Assembly: GCF_000020025.1 (NCBI RefSeq)
Contig: NC_010630.1
Location: 60,001 to 92,000, forward strand
DNA length: 32,000 nucleotides
Source: Nostoc punctiforme PCC 73102
Lineage (GTDB): Bacteria; Cyanobacteriota; Cyanobacteriia; Cyanobacteriales; Nostocaceae
Direction: 5' to 3'
Shown: positions 25,001 through 32,000 of the stretch, one piece after another
Layout of the letters: the number at the start of each line of letters is the position of its first letter
Numbering within the stretch: position 1 is the stretch's first letter
The notes under the pieces: model-generated
What the model saw: only the letters and a program-made list of their open reading frames with translations
Databases searched by the model: none
What the model was told of the DNA's origin: nothing
Position numbers and translations under genes: made by a program

Positions 25001-28000
25001 CAGCATTTCAAAAGGCAAGTTCTGATGAGTGTATGCCTCCATTGCCATGAAGCGAACACGAGTCAGCAATTCGCTAAAGCTCGGATTACCTGCTAAGTTG
25101 GTACGCATCACTAAGGTGTTGACAAAAAAGCCTATCAATCCCTCTATCTCATTACGATCGCGGTTAGCAATAGGAGACCCCACCAAAATGTCTGCTTGTC
25201 CTGTGTATCGGTAAAGCAGAGTGTCATAAGTTGCTAACAGCGTCATGAACAAGGTAACTCCTTGTTCCTTGCTCAGTTGTATCAACCCTTGAGTGAGTTT
25301 CTCTGAAAGTGCAAACTTTTGATGTGTGCCAGCGAATGTCTGCACAGCAGGCCTAGGTCTATCAGTGGGCAGCACTAACAGGGCTGGTGCATCTTTTAGT
25401 TGTTGTTGCCAGTAATTCAGTTGGGTTTGCAATACATCCCCTTGCAACCAGTTGCGCTGCCAAATGGCAAAATCTGCGTACTGAATTGGCAGTGATGCTA
25501 GGGGTGAAGGTTGACCTTGAGAATAAGCATTGTACAGCACCGCTAATTCTTGGAGAAATACACCCGTTGACCAGCCATCACTGACTATATGATGCATACA
25601 CACTAATAAAATGTGTTTTGTCTCAGACAGGATGATTAATGTTGCTCTGACTAACGCTTCACTTGTTAGATCAAAGGGTTGAATAAGTTGTTTTTGCGCT
25701 AATTGCTGTGTGGCAATCTCTTGTTCACTTGTGGATAAATGCTGATAATCAACAACTGAGACTATCCAATTTGTTTGTGTTTGAATGATTTGAGAAGGTT
25801 TTCCCTCAATAGTGATGAAGTTGGTGCGTAACGCTTCATGGCGATGAATAATTTCTTCTAAGCTTTGTTCTAAAGCTTTAACTGAGAGAGTTCCAACAAT
25901 ACGCAAAGTTAAGGGTATGTTGTATAAAGCACTGTTCGGCTCTAACTGGTCTAAAAACCACAAACGCTGTTGAGCAAATGACAGTAGTAATTCTGCATTA
26001 TCAACCCTTGGTAAGATGGGTGAGGAAGTTAGTTCTAAGCCCTGTTGCTGTAACTGCTCAATTTCTTGTGCTAATTCGGCAACTGTCGCTGCTGCAAATA
26101 GGCTACGCAATGGTAGTTCTACTTTGAAGGTGTTACGTATGCGGGAAAGCAGTTGGGTTGCTAGTAGTGAATGTCCCCCAAGTTCAAAGAAGTTGTCGTA
26201 AATGCCCACTTGTTCTACTTTCAGCACTTGTGCCCAAATTTGTGCCAGCATATCTTCAATTGGGGTGCGTGGGGCGACAAATTTTTCTAGCAGTGTGCTG
26301 TCTAACTCCGGTTTTGGCAATGCGCGGCGGTCTATTTTGCCGTTAGATGTTAAGGGTAAGGATTCCAGCATCATAAAAGTGTTTGGCACCATATAGCTGG
26401 GGAGTTGGTTGGCGAGGAACTGACGTAGTTCTGCGGCTGTAGAAGATTGTTTCACCTTCGGTACTACGTAAGCCACTAAACGTTTGTCGTCAAGTTCATC
26501 CTCTCGTATCACCACCACGCTTTCCCAAACAGCTGGGTGTTGCGCCAGTAGTGCCTCAATTTCTCCCAACTCAATGCGGAAGCCACGAATTTTCACTTGT
26601 TGGTCAATTCGTCCTAAATACTCTAACTCGCCATTGGGCAAATACCGCGCCAAGTCTCCTGTTTTATATAATTTTGAATTGTCAAAAGGACTAGATATAA
26701 ATCTTTGCGCTGTAAGTTCCGGACGATTGAGATAGCCACGCGCCACCCCTGCACCACCAACGTACATTTCACCAGGAACACCAATCGGCACTGGCTGTTT
26801 ATACTCATCCAGCACATACACCTGTAAGTCACGAATCGGACGACCAATTACACTTGCTGTGCTATTCAAATCGGCTTTGCTCAATGGACGGTAGGTGACG
26901 TGTACAGTAGTTTCCGTAATCCCGTACATATTTACTAACTGTGGCAATTGGTCGCCGTGACGCTCAAACCAAGGCTGTAAACTCTTGAGTTCTAGGGCTT
27001 CTCCACCGAAAATAACTAGGCGTAAGTTCAAATTGCCAGTAGTTGCCGTTGACTGTTCGGCTTGAATCAACTGACGGAAAGCTGAAGGTGTTTGATTGAG
27101 AATTGTGACTTTCTCTTGAGTTAATAACTCGAAGAAGGATTCGGGCGATCGCGTCACTAAATAAGGCACTACTACCAGTCGTCCACCATACAGTAAAGCA
27201 CCCCAAATTTCCCAAACAGAGAAATCGAATGCATAAGAGTGGAATAGTGTCCAGACATCTTGAGCGTTGAAGCTATACCAAGAGTTTGTTGCTTCAAATA
27301 GACGAACTACATTTGAGTGATTGACTAAAACGCCCTTGGGTTTGCCTGTAGAACCGGAAGTGTAGATGACATAAGCTAGGTTATCGGATGTAGTGGTGTT
27401 TAGAGAGTTTGACTCGCTTTTTTGAGCAATTTTTTCCCAGTCGCTGTCTAAGCAGATGACACGCGCCTGATGTTTGGGAAGAGAATTTACTAATTGCTGT
27501 TGGGTTAACAACACTGAAACTTGAGCATCTTCTAAGATAAATTGCAAACGCTCAGTCGGATACTCAGGGTCAAGTGGCACATAAGCCCCACCCGCTTTAA
27601 GAATACCTAATATTCCTACGATTGTTTCTAGCGATCGCTCTACACACAACCCCACCACCACATCTGGCCCCACACCCAAAGTTTGTAGATAATGTGCTAG
27701 CTGATTTGCTTTGGCGTTCAACTCCCGGTAAGTGAACTGTTGATTTTCATACACTACCGCCACTGCATCCGGGGTGCGCTCTACCTGCTCCTCAAATAGT
27801 TGATGGATGCACTGATCTTGGGGATAATCTACCTGAGTATCGTTCCATTCAACTAATAACTGATGCTGCTCAACTTGTGTCAACAGAGGCAATTGAGAAA
27901 TCCGTTCCTCTGGATTAGCAATAATACCTTCAAGCAACGTCATAAAATGACCAGTCATTCGCTCAATAGTACTGCTATCAAACAAATCAGTGTTATATTC

Positions 28001-31000
28001 CCAAAGCCCCACCAGTCCAGTACCAGTATTCTCCATTAGTAAGGTAAGATCAAACCTGGAAGTTGTACCTTCTACTACCAGTGGACTAACGGTTAACCCA
28101 GTCAACTCCAATTGAGACATGGGAGCATTTTGGAGGACAAACGCCACCTGAAATAGTGGTGTATGGCTAAGATCCCGTTCTGGCTGTAATGCTTCTACTA
28201 ACATTTCAAAAGGTAAATCCTGATGAGAGTATGCATCCATCGCCATTTCCCGAACACGATCCAGTAACTCACAGAAACTAGGATTGCCTGATAAGTCTGT
28301 ACGCATCACTAAGGTATTGACAAAAAAGCCAATTAACCCTTCAATTTCACTGCGATCGCGATTTGCGATCGGTGAACCAAGCAAAATGTCTGCCACACCT
28401 GTGTAGCGGTAAAGTAGAGTATCATAAGCTGCCAACAGCGTCATGAACAAGGTAACTCCTTGCTCTTGACTTAACTGTATTAAGCCACTAGTTAACTGCT
28501 TGGAAAGTGCAAACTGTTGATATGCCCCTGCAAAACTCTGCACAGCAGGTCTTGGTCGGTCTGTAGGAAGCGACAATAAACCTGGTGCATCTGCCAGTTG
28601 TTGTTGCCAGTAACTCAATTGGCTTTGCAGAATATCTCCTTGCAACCACTGTCTTTGCCAAATTGCGAAATCTGCGTACTGAATCGGTAGTGGTGCTAAT
28701 GATGACGGCTGACCTATTGAATAAGCATTGTACAGTACTGCTAACTCCTGAACAAATACACCCATTGACCAGCCATCAGAGACAATGTGATGCATACACA
28801 CTAACAAGACGTGTTCTGTCTTATTAAGCACTACTAATGTCGCTTTAATTAATGCTTCAGTTGCTAGGTCAAAGGGTTGAATAAGTTGTTTTTGCGCTAA
28901 TTGCTGTGTGGCAATCTCTTGTTCACTTGTGGATAAATGCTGATAATCAACAACTGAGACTATCCAATTTGTTTGTGTTTGAATGATTTGAGAAGGTTTT
29001 CCCTCAATAGTGATGAAGTTGGTACGTAACGCTTCATGACGATGAATAATTTCTTCTAAGCTTTGTTCTAAAGCTTTAACTGAGAGAGTTCCAACAATAC
29101 GCAAAGTTAAGGGTATGTTGTATAAAGCACTGTTCGGCTCTAACTGGTCTAAAAACCACAAACGCTGTTGAGCAAATGACAGTAGTAATTCTGCATTATC
29201 AACCCTTGGTAAGATGGGTGAGGAAGTTAGTTCTAAGCCCTGTTGCTGTAACTGCTCAATTTCTTGTGCTAATTCGGCAACTGTCGCTGCTGCAAATAGG
29301 CTACGCAATGGTAGTTCTACTTTGAAGGTGTTACGTATGCGGGAAAGCAGTTGGGTTGCTAGTAGTGAATGTCCCCCAAGTTCAAAGAAGTTGTCGTAAA
29401 TGCCCACTTGTTCTACTTTCAGTACTTGTGCCCAAATTTGTGCCAGCATTTCCTCAATAGGTGTGCGCGGGCTGACATATTTTTCTATTCGTTCGCTGTG
29501 TAAATCTGGTGTGGGTAAAGCGTGGCGATCTACTTTGCCGTTGGGAGTGAGTGGTAGCGACTCTAACACCACAAAAGCATTTGGCACCATGTACTCTGGG
29601 AGTTTTGCTTTCAGGGAGTGACGCAGTTCGCTAATTGTGGTTGTACAGTGCTGATCTGCTACCACATAGGCAACTAGGCGTTTATCACCAGGGGTATCTT
29701 CGCGGGCGATGACACAAGAAGCTTGTACATCACCTAGTTGGCTCAGAACTGCCTCTATCTCTCCCAACTCAATGCGGAAACCACGGATTTTTACCTGATT
29801 GTCAATTCGTCCCAGGTATTCGATGTTGCCATCAGGTAAATAACGTGCCAAATCACCAGTTTTGTAGAGCCGGGAATGAGGGTCAGTGCTAAACGGGTTG
29901 GGGATGAATTTTTCAATTGTCAATTGTGGGCGGTTGAGGTAGCCTCTTGCTAATCCAGCACCAGCAATGTGCAACTCTCCTGCTACACCCACAGGTACTG
30001 GTTGCAGATATTCGTCTAAGATGTATATCTGTGTGTTGGCTATGGGCCTACCGATAGGTGGTGCAAAAGTTGTACCCTTTTCAATTAATGCAAAGGTCGA
30101 GTAAGTTGTATCTTCTGAAGGACCATAAAGATTGAAAATATATTTAACTATTTGTTGCTGGTAAATCTGCTGTACCAGTTGATTTTGTAGCGGTTCTCCA
30201 GCTAGGTTAACCGTGCTTACTCCCCCTGGTAAACCATTTATGCGAATTAACTCGGTGATGACGGAGGGGACTGTATTAATCAGTGTGACTTGTTCGGCAG
30301 CAGGTAAGGTAGGTAAATGTAAGGCATTCTCAGCCAAGATAACTTTTCTACCCCAGGATAGAGGTACAAATAACTCAAAAACTGATAAATCAAAACAGAT
30401 TGAGGTACAAGCTAAAACACCAGCCAGTTGTTCTGGAGTAAATACCTCTTTAGCCCAAGCGACTAAGGCAACTGGGCTGTGATGTTCTATAGCTACTCCT
30501 TTTGGCTTACCTGTAGAGCCAGAGGTATAAAGGACATAAGCCAGGTTTGTGGGTTGAACTTGACTATGAACATTGTCTTTTGGAAATTGAGCGTAGGCGT
30601 AGTCTGCTGTAAGTATCGCATCCCAATTTTGATCTAAGTAAACTACCTGCGCTTGATGTTCAGGTAATTTCTCAACTAGATGCTGTTGTGTCAATAATAC
30701 AGATATTTGGGCATCTGACAATGCGTAACCCAAACGCTCACTAGGATACCCTGGGTCAAGTGGTACATAAGCCCCACCCGCCTTGAGAATCCCTAACAAT
30801 CCCACTACCATCTCTAAAGAACGCTCGATACAAATACCCACCAGCGTATCTGGTTTTACACCCAAAGACTGTAAGTAATGTGCCAACTGGTTAGCGCGAT
30901 TATTCAACTGCTGATAAGTCAGTTGTTGATTTTCAAACACCACTGCTACAGCATCGGGTGTACGTGCTACTTGCTCCTCAAACAACTGATGGATACACTT

Positions 31001-32000
31001 ATCATAAGGATAATCCGCTTGAGTATCATTCCATTCCACCAACAACTGATTTCGCTCGGGCTTACTCAACAGGGGTAACTCTGATAACTGTTGCTGGGGA
31101 TTAGCCACAATTCCTTCGAGCAGTAATTGAAAATGCCCCGCCATCCGAGTAATCGTAGCAGCATCAAATAAATCGGTGTCGTATTCCCATACCCCTACCA
31201 ACTCCAGATCTGTTTCTAGTATTGATAAAGTTAAATCAAACTTGGTCGTGTCAGTTTCTACTGTCAACGAGCTCATACTCAACCCAGTCATATCTAAAGC
31301 ACTCATCGGCACATTTTGCAGGTCGAACATCACCTGAAATAGGGGTGTATGGCTTAAAGAACGCTCTGGTTGTAATGCTTCTACCAACTGCTCGAAGGGG
31401 ATGTCTTGATGTGTATAGGCTTCTAGGGCTACCGATCTTACTCGCGACAGTAATTCGGCAAAACTGGGGTTGCCTGATAAATCGGTTCGCATTACCAGGG
31501 TGTTGACGAAAAAGCCAATCAATCCTTCAATTTCCTGGTGCTGGCGGTTAGCTATCGGCGTCCCTACACAAATGTCATCGCTGCTAGTATAGCGGTAGAG
31601 CAAGGTATCAAATGCCGCCAATAAGGTCATGAACAGAGTTACACCTTGCTGCCGACTCAATAACCGCAGTGCTTGCGATAGTTCCACTGGAATTGTGATC
31701 TGTTGATGAGATCCTCGGAAAGATTGGAATGCTGGTCGCGGGCGATCTGTTGGCAGTGCCAATAATGTGGACACCCCAGCTAGTTTTTTTTGCCAGTAAT
31801 TAAGTTGAGATTCTAGGACTTCACCCTGCAACCACTTGCGCTGCCAAGCGGCAAAATCTACATACTGAACCGATAGTTTTGGTAATGGTGAAGGTTGACC
31901 TTGAGAATAAGCATTATACAGTGCGGCTAACTCTCGGACAAACACTCCCATTGACCAACCATCGGAGATGATGTGGTGCATGGTCAGCAACAAGACGTGT
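22034..32000 (-). CDS. Non-ribosomal peptide synthetase, C-terminal part: (C)-A-T-C-A-T-C-A-T-TE; the 5' end lies beyond the right window edge
   Basis: The frame stays open past 31993 to the window edge (..HVLLLTMHHIISDGWS). C motifs: HHI(I/V)SDGWS x3 and LSFAQQRLWFLDQLEP x2. A motifs: LAYV(L/I)YTSGSTGKPKGV, YKTGDLARY, GRID.QVKIRGFRIELGEIE. T motifs: DNFFELGGHSLL x2 and DNFFDLGNSLL. TE motif: GGWSLGG. Approximate domains: C >32000-31060, A1 31050-29560, T1 29520-29300, C2 29230-27900, A2 27880-26370, T2 26320-26100, C3 26030-24690, A3 24680-23200, T3 23100-22900, TE 22850-22034. Confidence 0.95.
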   Translation of the reverse strand, partial: HVLLLTMHHIISDGWSMGVFVRELAALYNAYSQGQPSPLPKLSVQYVDFAAWQRKWLQGEVLESQLNYWQKKLAGVSTLLALPTDRPRPAFQSFRGSHQQITIPVELSQALRLLSRQQGVTLFMTLLAAFDTLLYRYTSSDDICVGTPIANRQHQEIEGLIGFFVNTLVMRTDLSGNPSFAELLSRVRSVALEAYTHQDIPFEQLVEALQPERSLSHTPLFQVMFDLQNVPMSALDMTGLSMSSLTVETDTTKFDLTLSILETDLELVGVWEYDTDLFDAATITRMAGHFQLLLEGIVANPQQQLSELPLLSKPERNQLLVEWNDTQADYPYDKCIHQLFEEQVARTPDAVAVVFENQQLTYQQLNNRANQLAHYLQSLGVKPDTLVGICIERSLEMVVGLLGILKAGGAYVPLDPGYPSERLGYALSDAQISVLLTQQHLVEKLPEHQAQVVYLDQNWDAILTADYAYAQFPKDNVHSQVQPTNLAYVLYTSGSTGKPKGVAIEHHSPVALVAWAKEVFTPEQLAGVLACTSICFDLSVFELFVPLSWGRKVILAENALHLPTLPAAEQVTLINTVPSVITELIRINGLPGGVSTVNLAGEPLQNQLVQQIYQQQIVKYIFNLYGPSEDTTYSTFALIEKGTTFAPPIGRPIANTQIYILDEYLQPVPVGVAGELHIAGAGLARGYLNRPQLTIEKFIPNPFSTDPHSRLYKTGDLARYLPDGNIEYLGRIDNQVKIRGFRIELGEIEAVLSQLGDVQASCVIAREDTPGDKRLVAYVVADQHCTTTISELRHSLKAKLPEYMVPNAFVVLESLPLTPNGKVDRHALPTPDLHSERIEKYVSPRTPIEEMLAQIWAQVLKVEQVGIYDNFFELGGHSLLATQLLSRIRNTFKVELPLRSLFAAATVAELAQEIEQLQQQGLELTSSPILPRVDNAELLLSFAQQRLWFLDQLEPNSALYNIPLTLRIVGTLSVKALEQSLEEIIHRHEALRTNFITIEGKPSQIIQTQTNWIVSVVDYQHLSTSEQEIATQQLAQKQLIQPFDLATEALIKATLVVLNKTEHVLLVCMHHIVSDGWSMGVFVQELAVLYNAYSIGQPSSLAPLPIQYADFAIWQRQWLQGDILQSQLSYWQQQLADAPGLLSLPTDRPRPAVQSFAGAYQQFALSKQLTSGLIQLSQEQGVTLFMTLLAAYDTLLYRYTGVADILLGSPIANRDRSEIEGLIGFFVNTLVMRTDLSGNPSFCELLDRVREMAMDAYSHQDLPFEMLVEALQPERDLSHTPLFQVAFVLQNAPMSQLELTGLTVSPLVVEGTTSRFDLTLLMENTGTGLVGLWEYNTDLFDSSTIERMTGHFMTLLEGIIANPEERISQLPLLTQVEQHQLLVEWNDTQVDYPQDQCIHQLFEEQVERTPDAVAVVYENQQFTYRELNAKANQLAHYLQTLGVGPDVVVGLCVERSLETIVGILGILKAGGAYVPLDPEYPTERLQFILEDAQVSVLLTQQQLVNSLPKHQARVICLDSDWEKIAQKSESNSLNTTTSDNLAYVIYTSGSTGKPKGVLVNHSNVVRLFEATNSWYSFNAQDVWTLFHSYAFDFSVWEIWGALLYGGRLVVVPYLVTRSPESFFELLTQEKVTILNQTPSAFRQLIQAEQSTATTGNLNLRLVIFGGEALELKSLQPWFERHGDQLPQLVNMYGITETTVHVTYRPLSKADLNSTASVIGRPIRDLQVYVLDEYKQPVPIGVPGEMYVGGAGVARGYLNRPELTAQRFISSPFDNSKLYKTGDLARYLPNGELEYLGRIDQQVKIRGFRIELGEIEALLAQHPAVWESVVVIREDELDDKRLVAYVVPKVKQSSTAAELRQFLANQLPSYMVPNTFMMLESLPLTSNGKIDRRALPKPELDSTLLEKFVAPRTPIEDMLAQIWAQVLKVEQVGIYDNFFELGGHSLLATQLLSRIRNTFKVELPLRSLFAAATVAELAQEIEQLQQQGLELTSSPILPRVDNAELLLSFAQQRLWFLDQLEPNSALYNIPLTLRIVGTLSVKALEQSLEEIIHRHEALRTNFITIEGKPSQIIQTQTNWIVSVVDYQHLSTSEQEIATQQLAQKQLIQPFDLTSEALVRATLIILSETKHILLVCMHHIVSDGWSTGVFLQELAVLYNAYSQGQPSPLASLPIQYADFAIWQRNWLQGDVLQTQLNYWQQQLKDAPALLVLPTDRPRPAVQTFAGTHQKFALSEKLTQGLIQLSKEQGVTLFMTLLATYDTLLYRYTGQADILVGSPIANRDRNEIEGLIGFFVNTLVMRTNLAGNPSFSELLTRVRFMAMEAYTHQNLPFEMLVETLQPQRDLSYTPLFQVMFALQNAPMSEVELTGLSVSPLVVESTTAKFDLTLSMQNTADGLVGVWEYSTDLFDANTIERMTGHFVTLLEGIVANPEERISQLPMLTKIERQQLLVEWNDTQADYPYDKCIHQLFEEQVARTPDAVAVVFENQQLTYQQLNNRANQLAHYLQSLGVKPDTLVGICIERSLEMVVGLLGILKAGGAYVPLDPGYPSERLGYALSDAQISVLLTQQHLVEKLPEHQAQVVYLDQNWDAILTADYAYAQFPKDNVHSQVQPTNLAYVLYTSGSTGKPKGVAIEHHSPVALVAWAKEVFTPEQLAGVLACTSICFDLSVFELFVPLSWGRKVILAENALHLPTLPAAEQVTLINTVPSVITELIRINGLPGGVSTVNLAGEPLQNQLVQQIYQQQIVKYIFNLYGPSEDTTYSTFALIEKGTTFAPPIGRPIANTQIYILDEYLQPVPVGVAGELHIAGAGLARGYLNRPQLTIEKFIPNPFSTDPHSRLYKTGDLARYLPDGNIEYLGRIDNQVKIRGFRIELGEIEAVLSQLGDVQASCVIAREDILRDKRLVAYVVSNTEPAPTDKLLRQFLKQQIPEYMMPSHFVILETLPLMPNGKVDRFALPAPHNVQLQNTFVPPRDSVELQLTQIWENILNTNPISVLDNFFDLGNSLLAVSLMAQIHKRFGQSLPLSTLFQNATIEQLSTIIRQQVNSSSWSHLVAIQPNGSKKPFFCVHPAGGNVVSYLNLARYLGEEQPFYGLQAQGLDGQHTPMTSIEEMATSYIKAMHIVQKEGPYLLGGWSLGGTIAFEMAVQLQKQGHQVALLALFDSQAPNFESQNDFDHTVLLNNFAHVIGVYFGKKLVECDDEFKELTFNQQLHYILERAKMAGLMPTDAGIEYLRPLAEVFKANLQAAQNYVPQIYPNQVILFKASAALSSDCPNSALGWEKLTVKPVKIYTVPGEHLTMMSNPYIQDLADKLRDCLNEAQTF
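23311..24664. repeat. Intragenic NRPS repeat A (copy in module 3, A-domain core)
   Basis: 1354 bp matching 29695-31048 (offset 6384). In my line-by-line comparison I found only 2 mismatches (23318, 24545). Confidence 0.9.
25671..26250. repeat. Intragenic NRPS repeat B (T2 + N-terminal third of C3)
   Basis: ~580 bp matching 28869-29448 (offset 3198) with about 3 mismatches seen (two within 25821-25845, one at 26225). Confidence 0.9.
28869..29448. repeat. Intragenic NRPS repeat B (T1 + N-terminal third of C2)
   Basis: See 25671-26250. The encoded peptides are identical from MLAQIWAQVLKVEQ to KQLIQPFDL. Confidence 0.9.
29695..31048. repeat. Intragenic NRPS repeat A (copy in module 1, A-domain core)
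   Basis: See 23311-24664. The encoded peptides are identical from LLVEWNDTQADYPYDK to ASCVIARED. Confidence 0.9.

Noticed and set aside
23829-30482. Identical plus-strand ORF pairs (23829-24098 = 30213-30482; 26016-26201 = 29214-29399) and other plus-strand ORFs within 22-32 kb
   Set aside because: All are antisense to the NRPS frame. Their pairwise identity merely reports the intragenic DNA repeats.

Overview
The window reads as an accessory, probably plasmid- or island-borne, region of a filamentous (Nostocales-like) cyanobacterium. The background is AT-rich, HIP1 octamers (GCGATCGC) are frequent (e.g. near 462, 1785, 5344, 8355, 11158, 27631), and there are nested-hairpin MITEs plus WD40 and IS debris. 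Left to right: (i) The first ~3 kb of a TPS/filamentous-haemagglutinin-type exoprotein gene lies on the minus strand. The ORF track misses it because it has no stop codon inside the window. (ii) An oppositely oriented 3-gene cassette encodes an 82-aa Gly/Ala-rich peptide, a 275-aa P-loop GTPase and a 66-85-aa Trp-rich peptide. A 136-nt leader carrying palindromic boxes is duplicated in front of the first two genes. (iii) A minus-strand operon runs sigma-70-family factor -> DUF1822-like protein -> CHAT (caspase-like protease)-TM-CHASE2-3TM protein. (iv) A ~3 kb junkyard holds two WD40 gene tails, MITEs, a serine-recombinase fragment and an IS4-like transposase tail, bracketed by inverted IS-end remnants. 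(v) A compositionally foreign (GC-rich) tyrosine recombinase. (vi) A translationally coupled pair: a 136-aa acidic protein plus a 284-aa PIN-like protein with a Cys-rich insert. (vii) A parA/parB-like partition operon is bracketed by two copies of the same inverted repeat, and the repeat's core motif also saturates the parB-like coding sequence. (viii) An RHH protein and a decayed VapC gene. (ix) A PEP-CTERM-tagged SGNH/GDSL homologue in which the catalytic residues are all substituted. (x) The last three modules (C-A-T x3 + TE, predicted Ala-Thr-Ala) of a large NRPS whose 5' end is outside the window, with kb-scale near-identical internal repeats. The best candidates for an undescribed system are (ii)+(iii) together with (i), followed by (vi). 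No rRNA, tRNA or CRISPR array was seen.
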